Source: Methanoregula sp. (GTDB taxonomy: Archaea; Halobacteriota; Methanomicrobia; Methanomicrobiales; Methanospirillaceae). From it: DNA of 64,000 bases. The notes under the pieces were generated by a model. The model made no database searches, was not told the DNA's origin, and worked only from the letters and a program-made list of their open reading frames with translations. This document shows positions 8,696-18,375 of the stretch, piece by piece (within the stretch, counting starts at the first letter, position 1; every line of letters starts with the position of its first letter). Position numbers and translations under genes: made by a program. Location of the stretch: assembly GCA_039698055.1 (NCBI GenBank), contig JBDKTL010000030.1, positions 32,001-96,000 on the forward strand. The letters are read 5' to 3'.

Positions 8696-9362
8696 TAACG
8701 GATGGCCCGCCCAGGCACACAGCGCGACAGGCCGCGTGATCGCGTCCCGTAACCGCGCCGTGTGACCATGACCCGCCCCTTCGGTTTCCTGTTGGTACGC
8801 GATCGCTTCGGTTGGACCCACCCGACAAAGCGAGCGACCGTCCGCTGATGTGTCCGGTAACCGTCGCTTTGTCCTCCCGCCCGGACCCGGTAATCCTGCC
8901 GAAGGCAGGGGTCATCCTGCCTGACTGCCCGCCCTTGGGCGGGAGGAGCGCAGCGGGCGGTGGGTAGTGGCCCAGCGGCCCGAGGGAGCGCCGCTTCAGG
9001 GTGCGAAGGTAACGAACCGCATCAGCGGTGAGTCCGAGCCCCTGATGCGTCGCGCGACCGAGTCACTGAGCGTTCCGCGTGCGCCCGATCAACAGCGACG
9101 AACACGATGCGGAGCATGGTGTGAGGAGCGGGCCGGGCAGCCGCTGGCGCCGGAGCCTGCGACAAGCCAGGGGCGTCATCCTACCAACAGAGCAACCTCA
9201 AAAAACAGCGAGGTGATGTGAAGCGAGCCGGAGCATCAGCGAGGACGAGTGAACATGACCGAGCGTCTTCATGTCCCGTAAACCAATAGGGGAGGATCGC
9301 CGCCCCACTCAGCACGTTTCGTGCACCTGCGGCGCACTCGCATGTGCTTCGCGGACCGGCTT
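8696..9362 (+). repeat. Reference (longest) copy A of a GC-rich non-coding hairpin-rich element
   Basis: Many short inverted repeats (CCTGCC-GAA-GGCAGG, CCCGCCC-TT-GGGCGGG, CGCATCAG...CTGATGCG, ACATGA...TCATGT). Sub-segments recur at 2752, 5533, 6257, 24466 and 26251. Confidence 0.85.
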
Positions 9363-9372
9363 GTGTTACAAT

Positions 9373-9717
9373 TCAGAGCAGCTTGGAATCTTTTCCTTTG
9401 CCGGTCGTTAACATCTTGACAACCATCACCCGGAACACCGCGTTGCTCTCATTTATCCAAGTATGTGCAATCATGGCGGGACTCTCAACAATGGAATCCT
9501 TACTGACACTTTGCCGTTCGTCACCGATTTCGACAATTCCGGTTCCTTCGAGTACATAGAAGAAAACATTAACGGGCGTGATATGTTTCTTGAGTGATTC
9601 ACCGGGTTTGAGGGTAATGACAACCGCAGCGGTATCCGGGGATTCGAAAATCTTGCGAACATCAACGTTGTGCGGATTCTTGATCGATGCTATTTTTGCA
9701 ACTTCAGTAATCTTCAT
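9373..9717 (-). CDS. Cupin domain protein
   Basis: LKPGESLKKHITP...FYVLEGTG...PAMIAHTWIN cupin motifs. Confidence 0.85.
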   Translation of the reverse strand: MKITEVAKIASIKNPHNVDVRKIFESPDTAAVVITLKPGESLKKHITPVNVFFYVLEGTGIVEIGDERQSVSKDSIVESPAMIAHTWINESNAVFRVMVVKMLTTGKGKDSKLL

Positions 9718-9719
9718 TC

Positions 9720-10409
9720 TTATTTCACCTTTTCAAGAGGAATGTATGGAATCAAAGAAAGTAATTCCGATTTCAACAAATCGATACCAATGCGTTCCAT
9801 GAACCAGGCTGTCCGCTCGTGCGGTTTTGCATGACTCAGGTAATACCGGGAAAGCCGCTCCGCACAATCCACCACTTCGCCAGCGGTGAGATCCCGCGCA
9901 ATGAGATCGCCGAACCGGGGCCGGGTACCGGCGTTTCCCCCGAAAAAGACGGTCCAGCCGGTCGGGGTTCCCACGATCCCGATATCCCGCGTATGGCTTT
10001 CACTGCAACAGCGCGGGCATCCGGATACACCGATCTTAATCTTTGCCGGAAACGTCCGATCCTTGAACTTTTCATCTATTGCGCGGGCAAGCCCGATCGA
10101 GTCCTGTTTCCCGTACTTGCACCAGTCAGTGCCAAGGCATGCCTGGACAAACTTGACGCAGGGTGCACTCTCGGGTTTTGCAAGCGGGCCCAAATCATTG
10201 ATGATGTTCTGCACAGATTCCGGCTCAAGGCCCGCGAACAGAATTCGCTGTCCCGAGGTAATCTTCAGAACCGGTACATTGTACTTTCTTCCGACTCTGG
10301 CAATAGTTTCCAGTTGATCGGGTGTAATAATACCAGCAGGTATCCGGGTAGTGACCGCATAGGTTTTGCCGTCCCGCTGGAGAATTGCTCCTTCTGTGGA
10401 TTTTGTCAT
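9720..10409 (-). CDS. Small nitrite/sulfite reductase family protein (ferredoxin-like half domain + siroheme/4Fe-4S domain)
   Basis: KITSGQRI, ACLGTDWC, KIKIGVSGCPRCC, DIGIVG, ERT..FMERIG. Confidence 0.85.
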   Translation of the reverse strand: MTKSTEGAILQRDGKTYAVTTRIPAGIITPDQLETIARVGRKYNVPVLKITSGQRILFAGLEPESVQNIINDLGPLAKPESAPCVKFVQACLGTDWCKYGKQDSIGLARAIDEKFKDRTFPAKIKIGVSGCPRCCSESHTRDIGIVGTPTGWTVFFGGNAGTRPRFGDLIARDLTAGEVVDCAERLSRYYLSHAKPHERTAWFMERIGIDLLKSELLSLIPYIPLEKVK

Positions 10410-10420
10410 ACTCCTCACGA

Positions 10421-11281
10421 CTATTTGGTTGAGCGTTTTTGATGGGATTTTCTTCCGATCTTGTTTGTGTTTTCCCCTGTTTTCTCCGCACTGCCGGTAA
10501 TTTCACGCGCTTCTTCAATCATCTGGGAGAACAATCGGTTCTGAACGCAGGTGATGAAGGGGAGCGTGATGATAACCGCCATTCGTTTCCCGTTCTGTGA
10601 GTAGATAAGCATTGATTCCCGGTCATCAGCAATAAGAATGCACTCGAGTTTGAAGAGTGCACCCTCCCGGTGAATAGGAGCTGAGAATATTTTCTCAAAA
10701 ACAGCCACTCCGAAAAAATCGCGATGGGTCCCGGCTTCAAAGTACCTGATACCCTCCCGTGGAACGATCCCATCCGCACCCCCTTCGGGGAACAGGATTT
10801 TTACCGCCCGATCCTTCGCGATGAACGTGACCGGCTCCTGGAATTTGGCCAGAGTCTCCGGGTTAAAACAGAGAACAATCAGCTCGCTGGTAACGTCTTC
10901 AACCAGCATCTCAAGATTCCGCTGGATGGTCCAGTCGGAATGGACATACCAGATCGGTGAATAATCCTGCTGGGCGTCCACTGACAGCGCCTCCAGGGTC
11001 TTCACACTTTCCGAGGCAGCGGTATCAAGATCTTTTTTCAGGAAGGAGACGACGATATCCGGGCGGACGGCACGGTACATGAGCGGGCTCCCCTGCCGTA
11101 TCTCAATGAATCCTTTTTCATCGAGTGCATGGAGAACATCATATACCCGTGGGCGCGGGACTCCACTGGCTTCATGGATCCTGCGGACATTGGTTTCACC
11201 CAGTCCGACAAGGGCGACATAGATCTTGGCTTCATATTCTTTGAGTCCCAGTCGGGCAAGATTTTCAATTGCTGAATCCAT
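10421..11281 (-). CDS. TrmB-family transcriptional regulator
   Basis: LGLKEYEAKIYVAL...SGVPRPRVYDVL..L..KG N-terminal HTH. Confidence 0.9.
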   Translation of the reverse strand: MDSAIENLARLGLKEYEAKIYVALVGLGETNVRRIHEASGVPRPRVYDVLHALDEKGFIEIRQGSPLMYRAVRPDIVVSFLKKDLDTAASESVKTLEALSVDAQQDYSPIWYVHSDWTIQRNLEMLVEDVTSELIVLCFNPETLAKFQEPVTFIAKDRAVKILFPEGGADGIVPREGIRYFEAGTHRDFFGVAVFEKIFSAPIHREGALFKLECILIADDRESMLIYSQNGKRMAVIITLPFITCVQNRLFSQMIEEAREITGSAEKTGENTNKIGRKSHQKRSTK

Positions 11282-11335
11282 TTGTTACTTTGTTAGGGAC
11301 AACAAAATTAAATAGTTATCTGCCAAGCGTACTGC

Positions 11336-11770
11336 ATGACTCAGACACCGGCAGAGAAAACAAATATCGCCATCGTCCGGAAATTTTTCGAAGTGGGACC
11401 GTCAAAAGGAGACCTTGCGGCAGCCGGCGCATTGCTCCATCCCGGATTTTCCCTGCACACGCCATTGCCAACACCTGGGCCCGGGGTTGAGGCAATGAAG
11501 AATGTCATCGTGACCTGCCGTGCTGCGTTCCACGATCTGAATGTGACGGTCGATGATATCATGGCGGTGGAGGACAGGGTAACTGCCCGCTTCACGGCCC
11601 GGGGAATCCATAAGGGAGAATTCATGGGCCTCCCACCCACCGGAAAAGCGATCACGATGACCGGCATAGAAATTTTCCGTATAAAGGACGGAAAAATCGT
11701 TGAGCTGTGGGGTGAGGTAAACCTGATGGGGCTGATGCAGCAGCTCGGCATTTTGCCGGCCCCGGCATAA
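11336..11770 (+). CDS. SnoaL-like ester cyclase
   Basis: AFHDL..TVDD...EDRV..R....G.HKGEFMGLPPTGK...TG..IFRI.DGKIVE.W. Confidence 0.9.
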   Translation: MTQTPAEKTNIAIVRKFFEVGPSKGDLAAAGALLHPGFSLHTPLPTPGPGVEAMKNVIVTCRAAFHDLNVTVDDIMAVEDRVTARFTARGIHKGEFMGLPPTGKAITMTGIEIFRIKDGKIVELWGEVNLMGLMQQLGILPAPA

Positions 11771-11799
11771 TCAAGGCGCAATAAAGGAGGAATACTGTC

Positions 11800-12609
11800 A
11801 TGGTCTTTGATCAGATTCCAAAAGCTGCAGGCTTTATCTACGCGCTCGTGATGATCTTTGTTATAGCATATCTCTGGTATTCCGGGCGATGGCAACAGAA
11901 GCTTGGCTGGCTGGTCCTCGTTGTTTCTGCGGCACTGGGTTTTCTCATTTTCGCTCCGGTAGCACCCTGGCAATTCCAGCAGCTTGTGCTGCGGGATGTA
12001 CAAGGTCTGGGAGCTCCGCTCATTGTCGGCGTCATCGGGCTCACCATTGTATTTGTCCTGACGCTGGTTTTAGGGCGATTCTTTTGCGGATATCTTTGCC
12101 CGGTTGGCGCTGTACAGGAAATTGCCTATCACGCCCCCATCCCGAAAACCAATCCCCGCCAAAAGACTGCATTCATGGCAGTAAGAGCAGTCGTCTTTGT
12201 CGTGTTTCTTCTCCTGGCATTCTTGCTGTCAGCCTCGTTGCTTGCCTGGTTTGGCATCAGGGATTTCTTTTACCTTACCCTGACGAGCGGGTCGTTTGTG
12301 TTCATCATCGTGGTACTGCTATCCATGACCTTGTACCGCCCGTTCTGCCGCCTTGTCTGCCCGTACGGGGTACTGTTGTCGCTCGGTGCATGGAAGAGCA
12401 TTCTCCGGTTACAGAGAACCGATGCCTGTATCAAATGTAAAAAATGTGAGAAGGCGTGCCCGACCGATGAAGCAAAACGTGATGACGGGAAAGCTGAGTG
12501 TTATCTCTGCGGGCGGTGCGTGGATGCCTGCCCGACTACCGGGGCTTTGATCTATAAACGTCGGAATGCTGATGGGAATAAATGCGTACAGGATCAAAAA
12601 CACACTTGA
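11800..12609 (+). CDS. Membrane 4Fe-4S binding protein (NapH/FixG-like)
   Basis: GRFFCGYLCPVG, RPFCRLVCPYG, two CxxCxxCxxxCP motifs and TM helices. Confidence 0.9.
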   Translation: MVFDQIPKAAGFIYALVMIFVIAYLWYSGRWQQKLGWLVLVVSAALGFLIFAPVAPWQFQQLVLRDVQGLGAPLIVGVIGLTIVFVLTLVLGRFFCGYLCPVGAVQEIAYHAPIPKTNPRQKTAFMAVRAVVFVVFLLLAFLLSASLLAWFGIRDFFYLTLTSGSFVFIIVVLLSMTLYRPFCRLVCPYGVLLSLGAWKSILRLQRTDACIKCKKCEKACPTDEAKRDDGKAECYLCGRCVDACPTTGALIYKRRNADGNKCVQDQKHT

Positions 12610-12621
12610 ATGGAGGATAGT

Positions 12622-12987
12622 ATGGTAGAATTCAAATTAGAAAATCCGGATAAGCTTGATAAGAAGCGGGAAGAACTGAAAGGAAAGGTCATCAATCTTC
12701 CGGAGCTTGTGGGCTATGCTGACGGGACGGTCGCAAGCCGGATGATCATCAACAACAAAGCCGGGAGTATCACCATCTTTTCCTTTGATGAGAATGAAGG
12801 GCTCTCCGAGCACACAGCCCCGTATGACGCTGTGGTTACGATCCTTGAAGGGGAGTGTGAGGTGTGGATTGCCGGTACGACCCTCCAGATGAAAGCGGGC
12901 CAGACTATTATCTTTCCGGCAAACGCTCCCCACGCACTCAGCGCCATCACGAAATTCAAGATGACGCTGACCATGATCCGGGGGTAA
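12622..12987 (+). CDS. Cupin domain protein
   Basis: FSFD..EGLSEHTAPYDA...LEG, PANAPHAL; GGAGG RBS. Confidence 0.85.
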   Translation: MVEFKLENPDKLDKKREELKGKVINLPELVGYADGTVASRMIINNKAGSITIFSFDENEGLSEHTAPYDAVVTILEGECEVWIAGTTLQMKAGQTIIFPANAPHALSAITKFKMTLTMIRG

Positions 12988-12991
12988 CTGC

Positions 12992-13282
12992 ATGGGCGGG
13001 AATGATCAGGACGGATATTATTGCACCATCTGCGGAGGTATCCCTCCCGACAAAATAAACATCAGGCAGATTCCCGTTGACGGCAAAGCGACCGGAATTG
13101 ACAAGCTGGACTGGATCGTTGCAGAGGTACGGAAACTGAACCTTTCCGATGACTCCGTTATCACGGAGGAACTGCTGAAACGGACGAAGGCGCTCAACTA
13201 CGTTCCCACCCGAAAGGAAAAGGAGTATGGCGAGGCGCTGCTCCTGGAATATAAAAAAACAGGGAGTGAATCCGGTGCTTGA
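12992..13282 (+). CDS. Small hypothetical protein with N-terminal CxxC
   Basis: YCTICGG, DGK.TGID.LD, NYVP; sits in-operon. Confidence 0.7.
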   Translation: MGGNDQDGYYCTICGGIPPDKINIRQIPVDGKATGIDKLDWIVAEVRKLNLSDDSVITEELLKRTKALNYVPTRKEKEYGEALLLEYKKTGSESGA

Positions 13283-13511
13283 CCATCGTCCGGGTGCTGC
13301 GAACATCAGGACCCCGACCCTCTCGATAATGAAGTGCCTCCCGTATGGCAACGGGGTGGAGGTATTCTCAAACGATGTGAAAGTAGCCTGTGATCACTGT
13401 GGCTTTATTGTCTACAACAATTTCCTTTCGTGTGTCCAGTGGTACAAGTACGCGGGGTAGTGTGTCGGTAAGGAGACGTACCGGAAACTTGTGGAGAGAA
13501 AAGAGGGATGA
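13275..13511 (+). pseudogene. Degenerate small Cys-rich (zinc-ribbon) protein gene with internal TAG
   Basis: Reads VLDHRPGAANIRTPT..KC...VEVFSND..C..CG...SCVQWYKYAG*CVGKETYRKLV. TAG at 13458-13460; several expected Cys are replaced. Confidence 0.6.
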
Positions 13512-13594
13512 TGGAACGACTATCGCCAGATGATACGTTTCCTGACCCTGATGCTGAACGCAAAGGTAAAGATACCAGAAAGTGAGGATGAAGT

Positions 13595-14146
13595 ATGCCG
13601 CCACATTGTGATACCAGGGACGGCCCGGTTGTCAAAGCAGCGAAAAAAGCACTGGAGACCGGGAATCTCAATTACGTACTGATCTGGATTCCAAAAGAAT
13701 CTGAAAAGGAACTGAAAGATGTGTTTGCACGCACCCTGCGTGCAAGAAAAGCCGGAAAGGATGCGCAGGAAGTTGCTGATGATTGGTTCTTCGAAAATAC
13801 CATCCGGCTCCACCGCGCCGGTGAGGGCGCCGCTTATACGGGTATGAAACCCGCCGGCCTCAGTGAAGGTCCGGTTGTACCAAGAGCGGAGAAAGCTATC
13901 GAGACTGAGGATCCCAAAGAATCGATCGGGTTTATCCTCAAGACGGTCGAAGACGATCTCACCCATCGCTTCCATCACGTCATGACAAAGAAAAAATATG
14001 ACGTGAACGATGTGGCTGCCGGCCGGGAATACATAGAAGCGTTCATCGGCTGGGTTGTCTATTCCCATCACCTGTACGTGAATGTCACGAGCGGGGACAG
14101 CCATGGAGAACAATCTGCAAAGAATGGTGGCTGCGGCCACCATTGA
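13595..14146 (+). CDS. DUF6448-family protein
   Basis: HCDT.DGPVV, FFEN.IRLHRAGEGA.YTGMKP, AGREY; His-rich tail. Confidence 0.85.
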   Translation: MPPHCDTRDGPVVKAAKKALETGNLNYVLIWIPKESEKELKDVFARTLRARKAGKDAQEVADDWFFENTIRLHRAGEGAAYTGMKPAGLSEGPVVPRAEKAIETEDPKESIGFILKTVEDDLTHRFHHVMTKKKYDVNDVAAGREYIEAFIGWVVYSHHLYVNVTSGDSHGEQSAKNGGCGHH

Positions 14147-14168
14147 ATTTTTCTGGAGTTGCAATACC

Positions 14169-15668
14169 ATGCAGGAAGTAATCAAAAAGATGATCACGGA
14201 AGCGATGGCTGCCCAGCACGCCGATGTGAACCAGGTAAAAAAGAAACGCGGGGAGAAATTTGTCATTGACGATACGAAAGCGTATGTCGATGCGGTCAAG
14301 GTTATGAAACCCGCCGGGGGCCAGAGCAAAGCGGTCTTTGGCCTGCACACCGACTCGGTCAATGCCCATTACACCATTCTGAAGGGCCTGACGAACACGA
14401 TCCGTCCTGAGGACGACCCCTTTGTCGAGCACTACCAGACCCCGGTCATCATGGAGATGCTCTACGACGCCGATCCAAAGTTCCGGAAGAGCGTGGATGT
14501 ATTCATCAAGGCTGTTGGGAAAGCCGAAGCCCTGATTGGCAAAGAGTCTGCCCGCCGGTACGCGGGTTTCTACGGCCCAACCTGTGTCGTGGACTTTGCC
14601 CTTATCCCGGGCAGCAGCAGCAATATCGTCAACCAGATCCTGAAATCCACGGATATCCCGGTTCCTCACAAGCAGACAATCCTCGCCGCAAAGTCCTGGG
14701 CCATGAACACCTCGTACGGTATCGGGGATGTCTTTGCCCACGCGGTTGAAGGGGGAGCAACCCTGGCGGATGCAGTTAAGAAAGAGGTTGCCATGGTCCA
14801 GTCCATCTACGACACGCCGGTCGATGCCCAGGCAAAACTCATGGACAGTGTAGGCCAGAATTCGTTTGACTGCCGGAAGTACATGAAAGAGTACCGCACG
14901 AAGATGAAGGGAGCCGTCAGTGCCTCGCTTGATGAAGGGGTCCATTATGGGAACATCGTGACCGTGCCAGCCTATTGCGTCGGGGACATCGCCCACCACA
15001 TCTCCCAGTCCACGTACAACATGTGCAAGGACGACGTGATCATGGCCGTCATCGAGGCCGTTACCGAAGTTATGGACAAGACTCTGCACGCGGCAGCCCC
15101 GAAGATGAAGACCGAGAACGAGGTGCTCTCGGTAGCGACCGGGTCCTCGGCCGCGGCTGCGGAATATATTCTCGAACTTGACGGATTCAACGCGATCATG
15201 GTCGTGGATATGCTGACGAAACGCTACCACAATTATGTCCAGCTGTACCCGAAGCGGAGTGCAGCCATCGAACTCCACAACTGCGATTTCATGGACATGA
15301 TCTACCGGGGCTGGAAGATGGTGGACAAGGCCCGGAGAATGCAGAGCAGCGAACCCGGCCTGGTGACGCCAAAAGTAGCCGGGTTCAATGTCGATCTCTC
15401 GCCCATCCTGAAGAACGAGGTGCTCGCAAACCCGCAACGGTACGCCTACCCGGCCTGTGCTATGACCGTCCGGTTCTCGGCGATGATGCGCCTCTCCGAC
15501 TACCCGTGCCTGCTGACGAGCGAGCCGGTCACGGCAACCCTGATGACCAACATCATCGCACTCCACAAAGAGGTTGCAGCAGCCCCGGCACGGATCTGCA
15601 AGGACTGTGCATCGGCTGCCCTGATGGATTTCCGGCACTGCTCCTGCCAGTGGAAGGAAGCGGTCTAA
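14169..15668 (+). CDS. DUF2193-family protein
   Basis: KMI.EAMAAQ.AD, PEDDPFVEHYQTP, GFYGPTCVVDF, Cys-rich C-terminus. Confidence 0.85.
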   Translation: MQEVIKKMITEAMAAQHADVNQVKKKRGEKFVIDDTKAYVDAVKVMKPAGGQSKAVFGLHTDSVNAHYTILKGLTNTIRPEDDPFVEHYQTPVIMEMLYDADPKFRKSVDVFIKAVGKAEALIGKESARRYAGFYGPTCVVDFALIPGSSSNIVNQILKSTDIPVPHKQTILAAKSWAMNTSYGIGDVFAHAVEGGATLADAVKKEVAMVQSIYDTPVDAQAKLMDSVGQNSFDCRKYMKEYRTKMKGAVSASLDEGVHYGNIVTVPAYCVGDIAHHISQSTYNMCKDDVIMAVIEAVTEVMDKTLHAAAPKMKTENEVLSVATGSSAAAAEYILELDGFNAIMVVDMLTKRYHNYVQLYPKRSAAIELHNCDFMDMIYRGWKMVDKARRMQSSEPGLVTPKVAGFNVDLSPILKNEVLANPQRYAYPACAMTVRFSAMMRLSDYPCLLTSEPVTATLMTNIIALHKEVAAAPARICKDCASAALMDFRHCSCQWKEAV

Positions 15669-15693
15669 TAGCGGGACAGGGAAGTGAGCAATC

Positions 15694-15906
15694 ATGAAAT
15701 GTTACGTGTGTGCAAAGGAAGGAAAAGACAGTGATGCCGTTGCTGTCTGCGTCGCCTGCGGCATGGGGACCTGTATGAAACATACGATCCGGAAAGAGGT
15801 CGATGTCTGGGAAGGCGGATACCCGCTTCCCTCCCGGAAACTGCCAAAGAAGATGCCACGGATGCTCTGCCCGGACTGCAATGCAGCATACGGGGAGGGA
15901 AAGTGA
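15694..15906 (+). CDS. DUF2180-family zinc-finger protein
   Basis: MKCYVC...AVAVCVACGMG.C.KH...LCPDC. Confidence 0.85.
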   Translation: MKCYVCAKEGKDSDAVAVCVACGMGTCMKHTIRKEVDVWEGGYPLPSRKLPKKMPRMLCPDCNAAYGEGK

Positions 15907-16646
15907 TGGCATCACTTTCCAGCCGGAGCATTGCTGAAGGTGTAGGGACGGCACTCCTCGTGTACTTCGGTGCCGGGGCAGCAGCTATCACGCTGATGAT
16001 TGCGGCCGGGACAAAACCGGCAACACCATTCAACATCGGGATCGGCCAGCTCGGCGGGCTCGGTGACTGGTTTGCGATCGGTATCACCTTTGGTATTGTT
16101 ATCGCTGCCGTCATCTACTCGCTCGGCCGGGTCTCGGGGGCCCACATCAACCCGGCCGTGACCATTGCGCTCTGCGCAACGAAACGGTTCCCGGCCGGAG
16201 ATGCGGTTGCGTATATTGTTGCCCAGTGCATTGGTGCCGCGATCGGGAGCCTGTTCTTCTTCCTGACCGTGGGAATGGATGCAGTTACGATTGGCGGGCT
16301 CGGGGCAACGGCACCGTTTCCCGGGATCGGGTACAGCCAGGCGATCCTTGTCGAGGCAATAGCAACCTTCGTGCTGATGCTTGTCATCATGGGAGTCGCC
16401 GTGGACGAACGTGCCCCGCAGGGATTTGCCGGGCTCATCATCGGTCTGACCGTGGCCGGTATGATCACGATGGCCGGTAACCTCTCCGGCGCATCGCTCA
16501 ACCCGGCCCGCACGTTTGGGCCGTACGTGATGGACTTCCTGCTCGGTGGTTCGAACCTCTGGATATTCTTCCCGATCTATATTGTGGGGCCGATTATCGG
16601 GGCAGTCTGTGCTGCATTTTTCTATGACCGGATAACCGCGGAGTAA
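15903..16646 (+). CDS. aqpM: MIP-family channel (AqpM-like aquaporin)
   Basis: Two NPA motifs (SGAHINPAVT, GASLNPART) and six TM helices. Confidence 0.9.
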   Translation: MMASLSSRSIAEGVGTALLVYFGAGAAAITLMIAAGTKPATPFNIGIGQLGGLGDWFAIGITFGIVIAAVIYSLGRVSGAHINPAVTIALCATKRFPAGDAVAYIVAQCIGAAIGSLFFFLTVGMDAVTIGGLGATAPFPGIGYSQAILVEAIATFVLMLVIMGVAVDERAPQGFAGLIIGLTVAGMITMAGNLSGASLNPARTFGPYVMDFLLGGSNLWIFFPIYIVGPIIGAVCAAFFYDRITAE

Positions 16647-16780
16647 AACAATCCAATCCTTTTTCCGGAATCGATCTGGTTGACGGGATTCTTTTTTAAC
16701 GGATTTTTGAAGATCCGCCCAGCACCTCATGAAAAACCATACCGTACATCATCTGACGGATTGATCATCGGGAGATGTGC

Positions 16781-17800
16781 CTAATCGATCCCCTGCCGGT
16801 ATATCTTCTCCTTTTTTCCCCGCCGCTGTTTCACCCGTTCCACTCCGCTGGATATCAGCGCGGAGATGACGATGGGCAGGGCAATGGTTGCATCGACATG
16901 TACCTGTACCTGCAGGCTCGTTGCCGATTCCTTACCCCAGCTGATCGCTTCTTCAAAAGTACAGCCGGAAAGCCCGCCCCACTGGGGGGAATCCGTTGTG
17001 TACTGGATAGCATATGCATGCCCGCCAAGGTCCTTCTCGTGGATCGATCCAATCACCTGCGTCTGCTGAATGAAGTTCTTGGGCACCCCGCCACCCACAT
17101 AGATGACACCGGATTTCTTTGCTTCCTCTACCCGCGCCGTGATCTCGTCAGCATCGGCGATCTGGTCGATATCGATATCAAATCCCCGGCGTCGTGCAAT
17201 AAGAAGCCCGATACCGATCGACGAATCGGCCAGTGCCGGGATAAAGATCGGTACCTTCTCCTTCGCGCAGACCGAAGTGAGCGATTCATACTCCGGCCTT
17301 TTCCTCCCCAGCCATTCTCCCCATAACCGGGTGAACTCCCGCGAAGAACCCCGGAACGGCGCGATCGATTCAGACCATGCGGCTATCGCGCGGTCAACGG
17401 TCCGGAACTCCTCCTCGAACGCAAAGACATCGTAGATGCGGTCGATGCCTTTCCGGTAGAGCTCGCGGTCGTCAGCGGTATGGTGGCCACGGTAATGGCG
17501 GATGCCGAGATGCTCGCAGGAATCGTGAAATATGTTCGCACCCGTTGATACAATCACATCAACAAAATGCCGTTGTACCATCTCGACAAGACACCGCTGC
17601 ATACCTGCTGGTATCATCGCACCCGAGAGCCCGAAGAAGATCGTACACTCAGGATCGGCAAGCATACGGCGCCATACCTCCACCGATTCCCCCAGTTTGC
17701 GCCCCTGGAAGCCGGTCCGGGCCATACCGGACAGGAGGGATGCAACGTTATCTGATGGGCAGACGGGTGAGATTGTTTTCATCGGGTGTTTTTTTGTCAT
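16781..17800 (-). CDS. dys: Deoxyhypusine synthase (start uncertain; 17782 also possible)
   Basis: GFQGRKLG, STGAN, IDRIYD, PALADSSIG, GGGVPKNF, GGLSGCTFEEAISWGK. Confidence 0.92.
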   Translation of the reverse strand: MTKKHPMKTISPVCPSDNVASLLSGMARTGFQGRKLGESVEVWRRMLADPECTIFFGLSGAMIPAGMQRCLVEMVQRHFVDVIVSTGANIFHDSCEHLGIRHYRGHHTADDRELYRKGIDRIYDVFAFEEEFRTVDRAIAAWSESIAPFRGSSREFTRLWGEWLGRKRPEYESLTSVCAKEKVPIFIPALADSSIGIGLLIARRRGFDIDIDQIADADEITARVEEAKKSGVIYVGGGVPKNFIQQTQVIGSIHEKDLGGHAYAIQYTTDSPQWGGLSGCTFEEAISWGKESATSLQVQVHVDATIALPIVISALISSGVERVKQRRGKKEKIYRQGID

Positions 17801-17820
17801 TTCCCCAACGGCTTTTATAC

Positions 17821-18375
17821 TCATCCGCATCCCAGGAACCCGCGGATACTCCGGCTTGTGCGGCCGCCAAAATAGATATCCCGCTCACTCATGGTAGATA
17901 CCTCTTCGATAGTGAAATGGACCTTCGGGTGTTCCCTCTTGAGCATCTCCAACAACCGTTTCAGTTCAGTACGGGGTACAATACTGATCAGGACCGCAAC
18001 TGCCGGTACGAACTGGCCCGACCCGTTGATCCGCGTTGTCCCGAACCCCATCGTCCCCATACGGCTGATCAGCGGTTCAGGATCCTCAGTACAGAAAATC
18101 CGGATAACGGCCGTGCCGAGGCCGATCCACGATTCTATCGTCATCCCCAAAAGTGTACCAATCCCGTATCCTAGCATGTATGCAAGGATCCCGGGGATAT
18201 TGTCAAGATTCGTCAGTACGAGCCCGGTTGAGACGATCCAGACGCCGATCTTCAGCGTCCCGATACCCGAAGCGAGGTATTTGTGGCCTTTTGTTACATA
18301 GACAAGACGGATCGTCTCCATGGTGGTCTCGACAATCCGTGCAACAAGGATGATAAGCGGTAAGACAAGATCCAT
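17821..18375 (-). CDS. UPF0316 (DUF5698/DUF2179) membrane protein, paralogue 1
   Basis: ARIVETTMETIR, AYMLGYGIGT.LG, GFGTT.I.GSG, P.VHF.IEEV. Confidence 0.8.
   Translation of the reverse strand: MDLVLPLIILVARIVETTMETIRLVYVTKGHKYLASGIGTLKIGVWIVSTGLVLTNLDNIPGILAYMLGYGIGTLLGMTIESWIGLGTAVIRIFCTEDPEPLISRMGTMGFGTTRINGSGQFVPAVAVLISIVPRTELKRLLEMLKREHPKVHFTIEEVSTMSERDIYFGGRTSRSIRGFLGCG

Noticed and set aside
8574-9221. N-terminal extension of ORF 8220-8915 and ORF 8967-9221
   Set aside because: They run through non-coding copy A; a better RBS and start exist at 8573.
14085-15695. 536-aa antisense ORF
   Set aside because: Shadow of the DUF2193 gene caused by codon bias.
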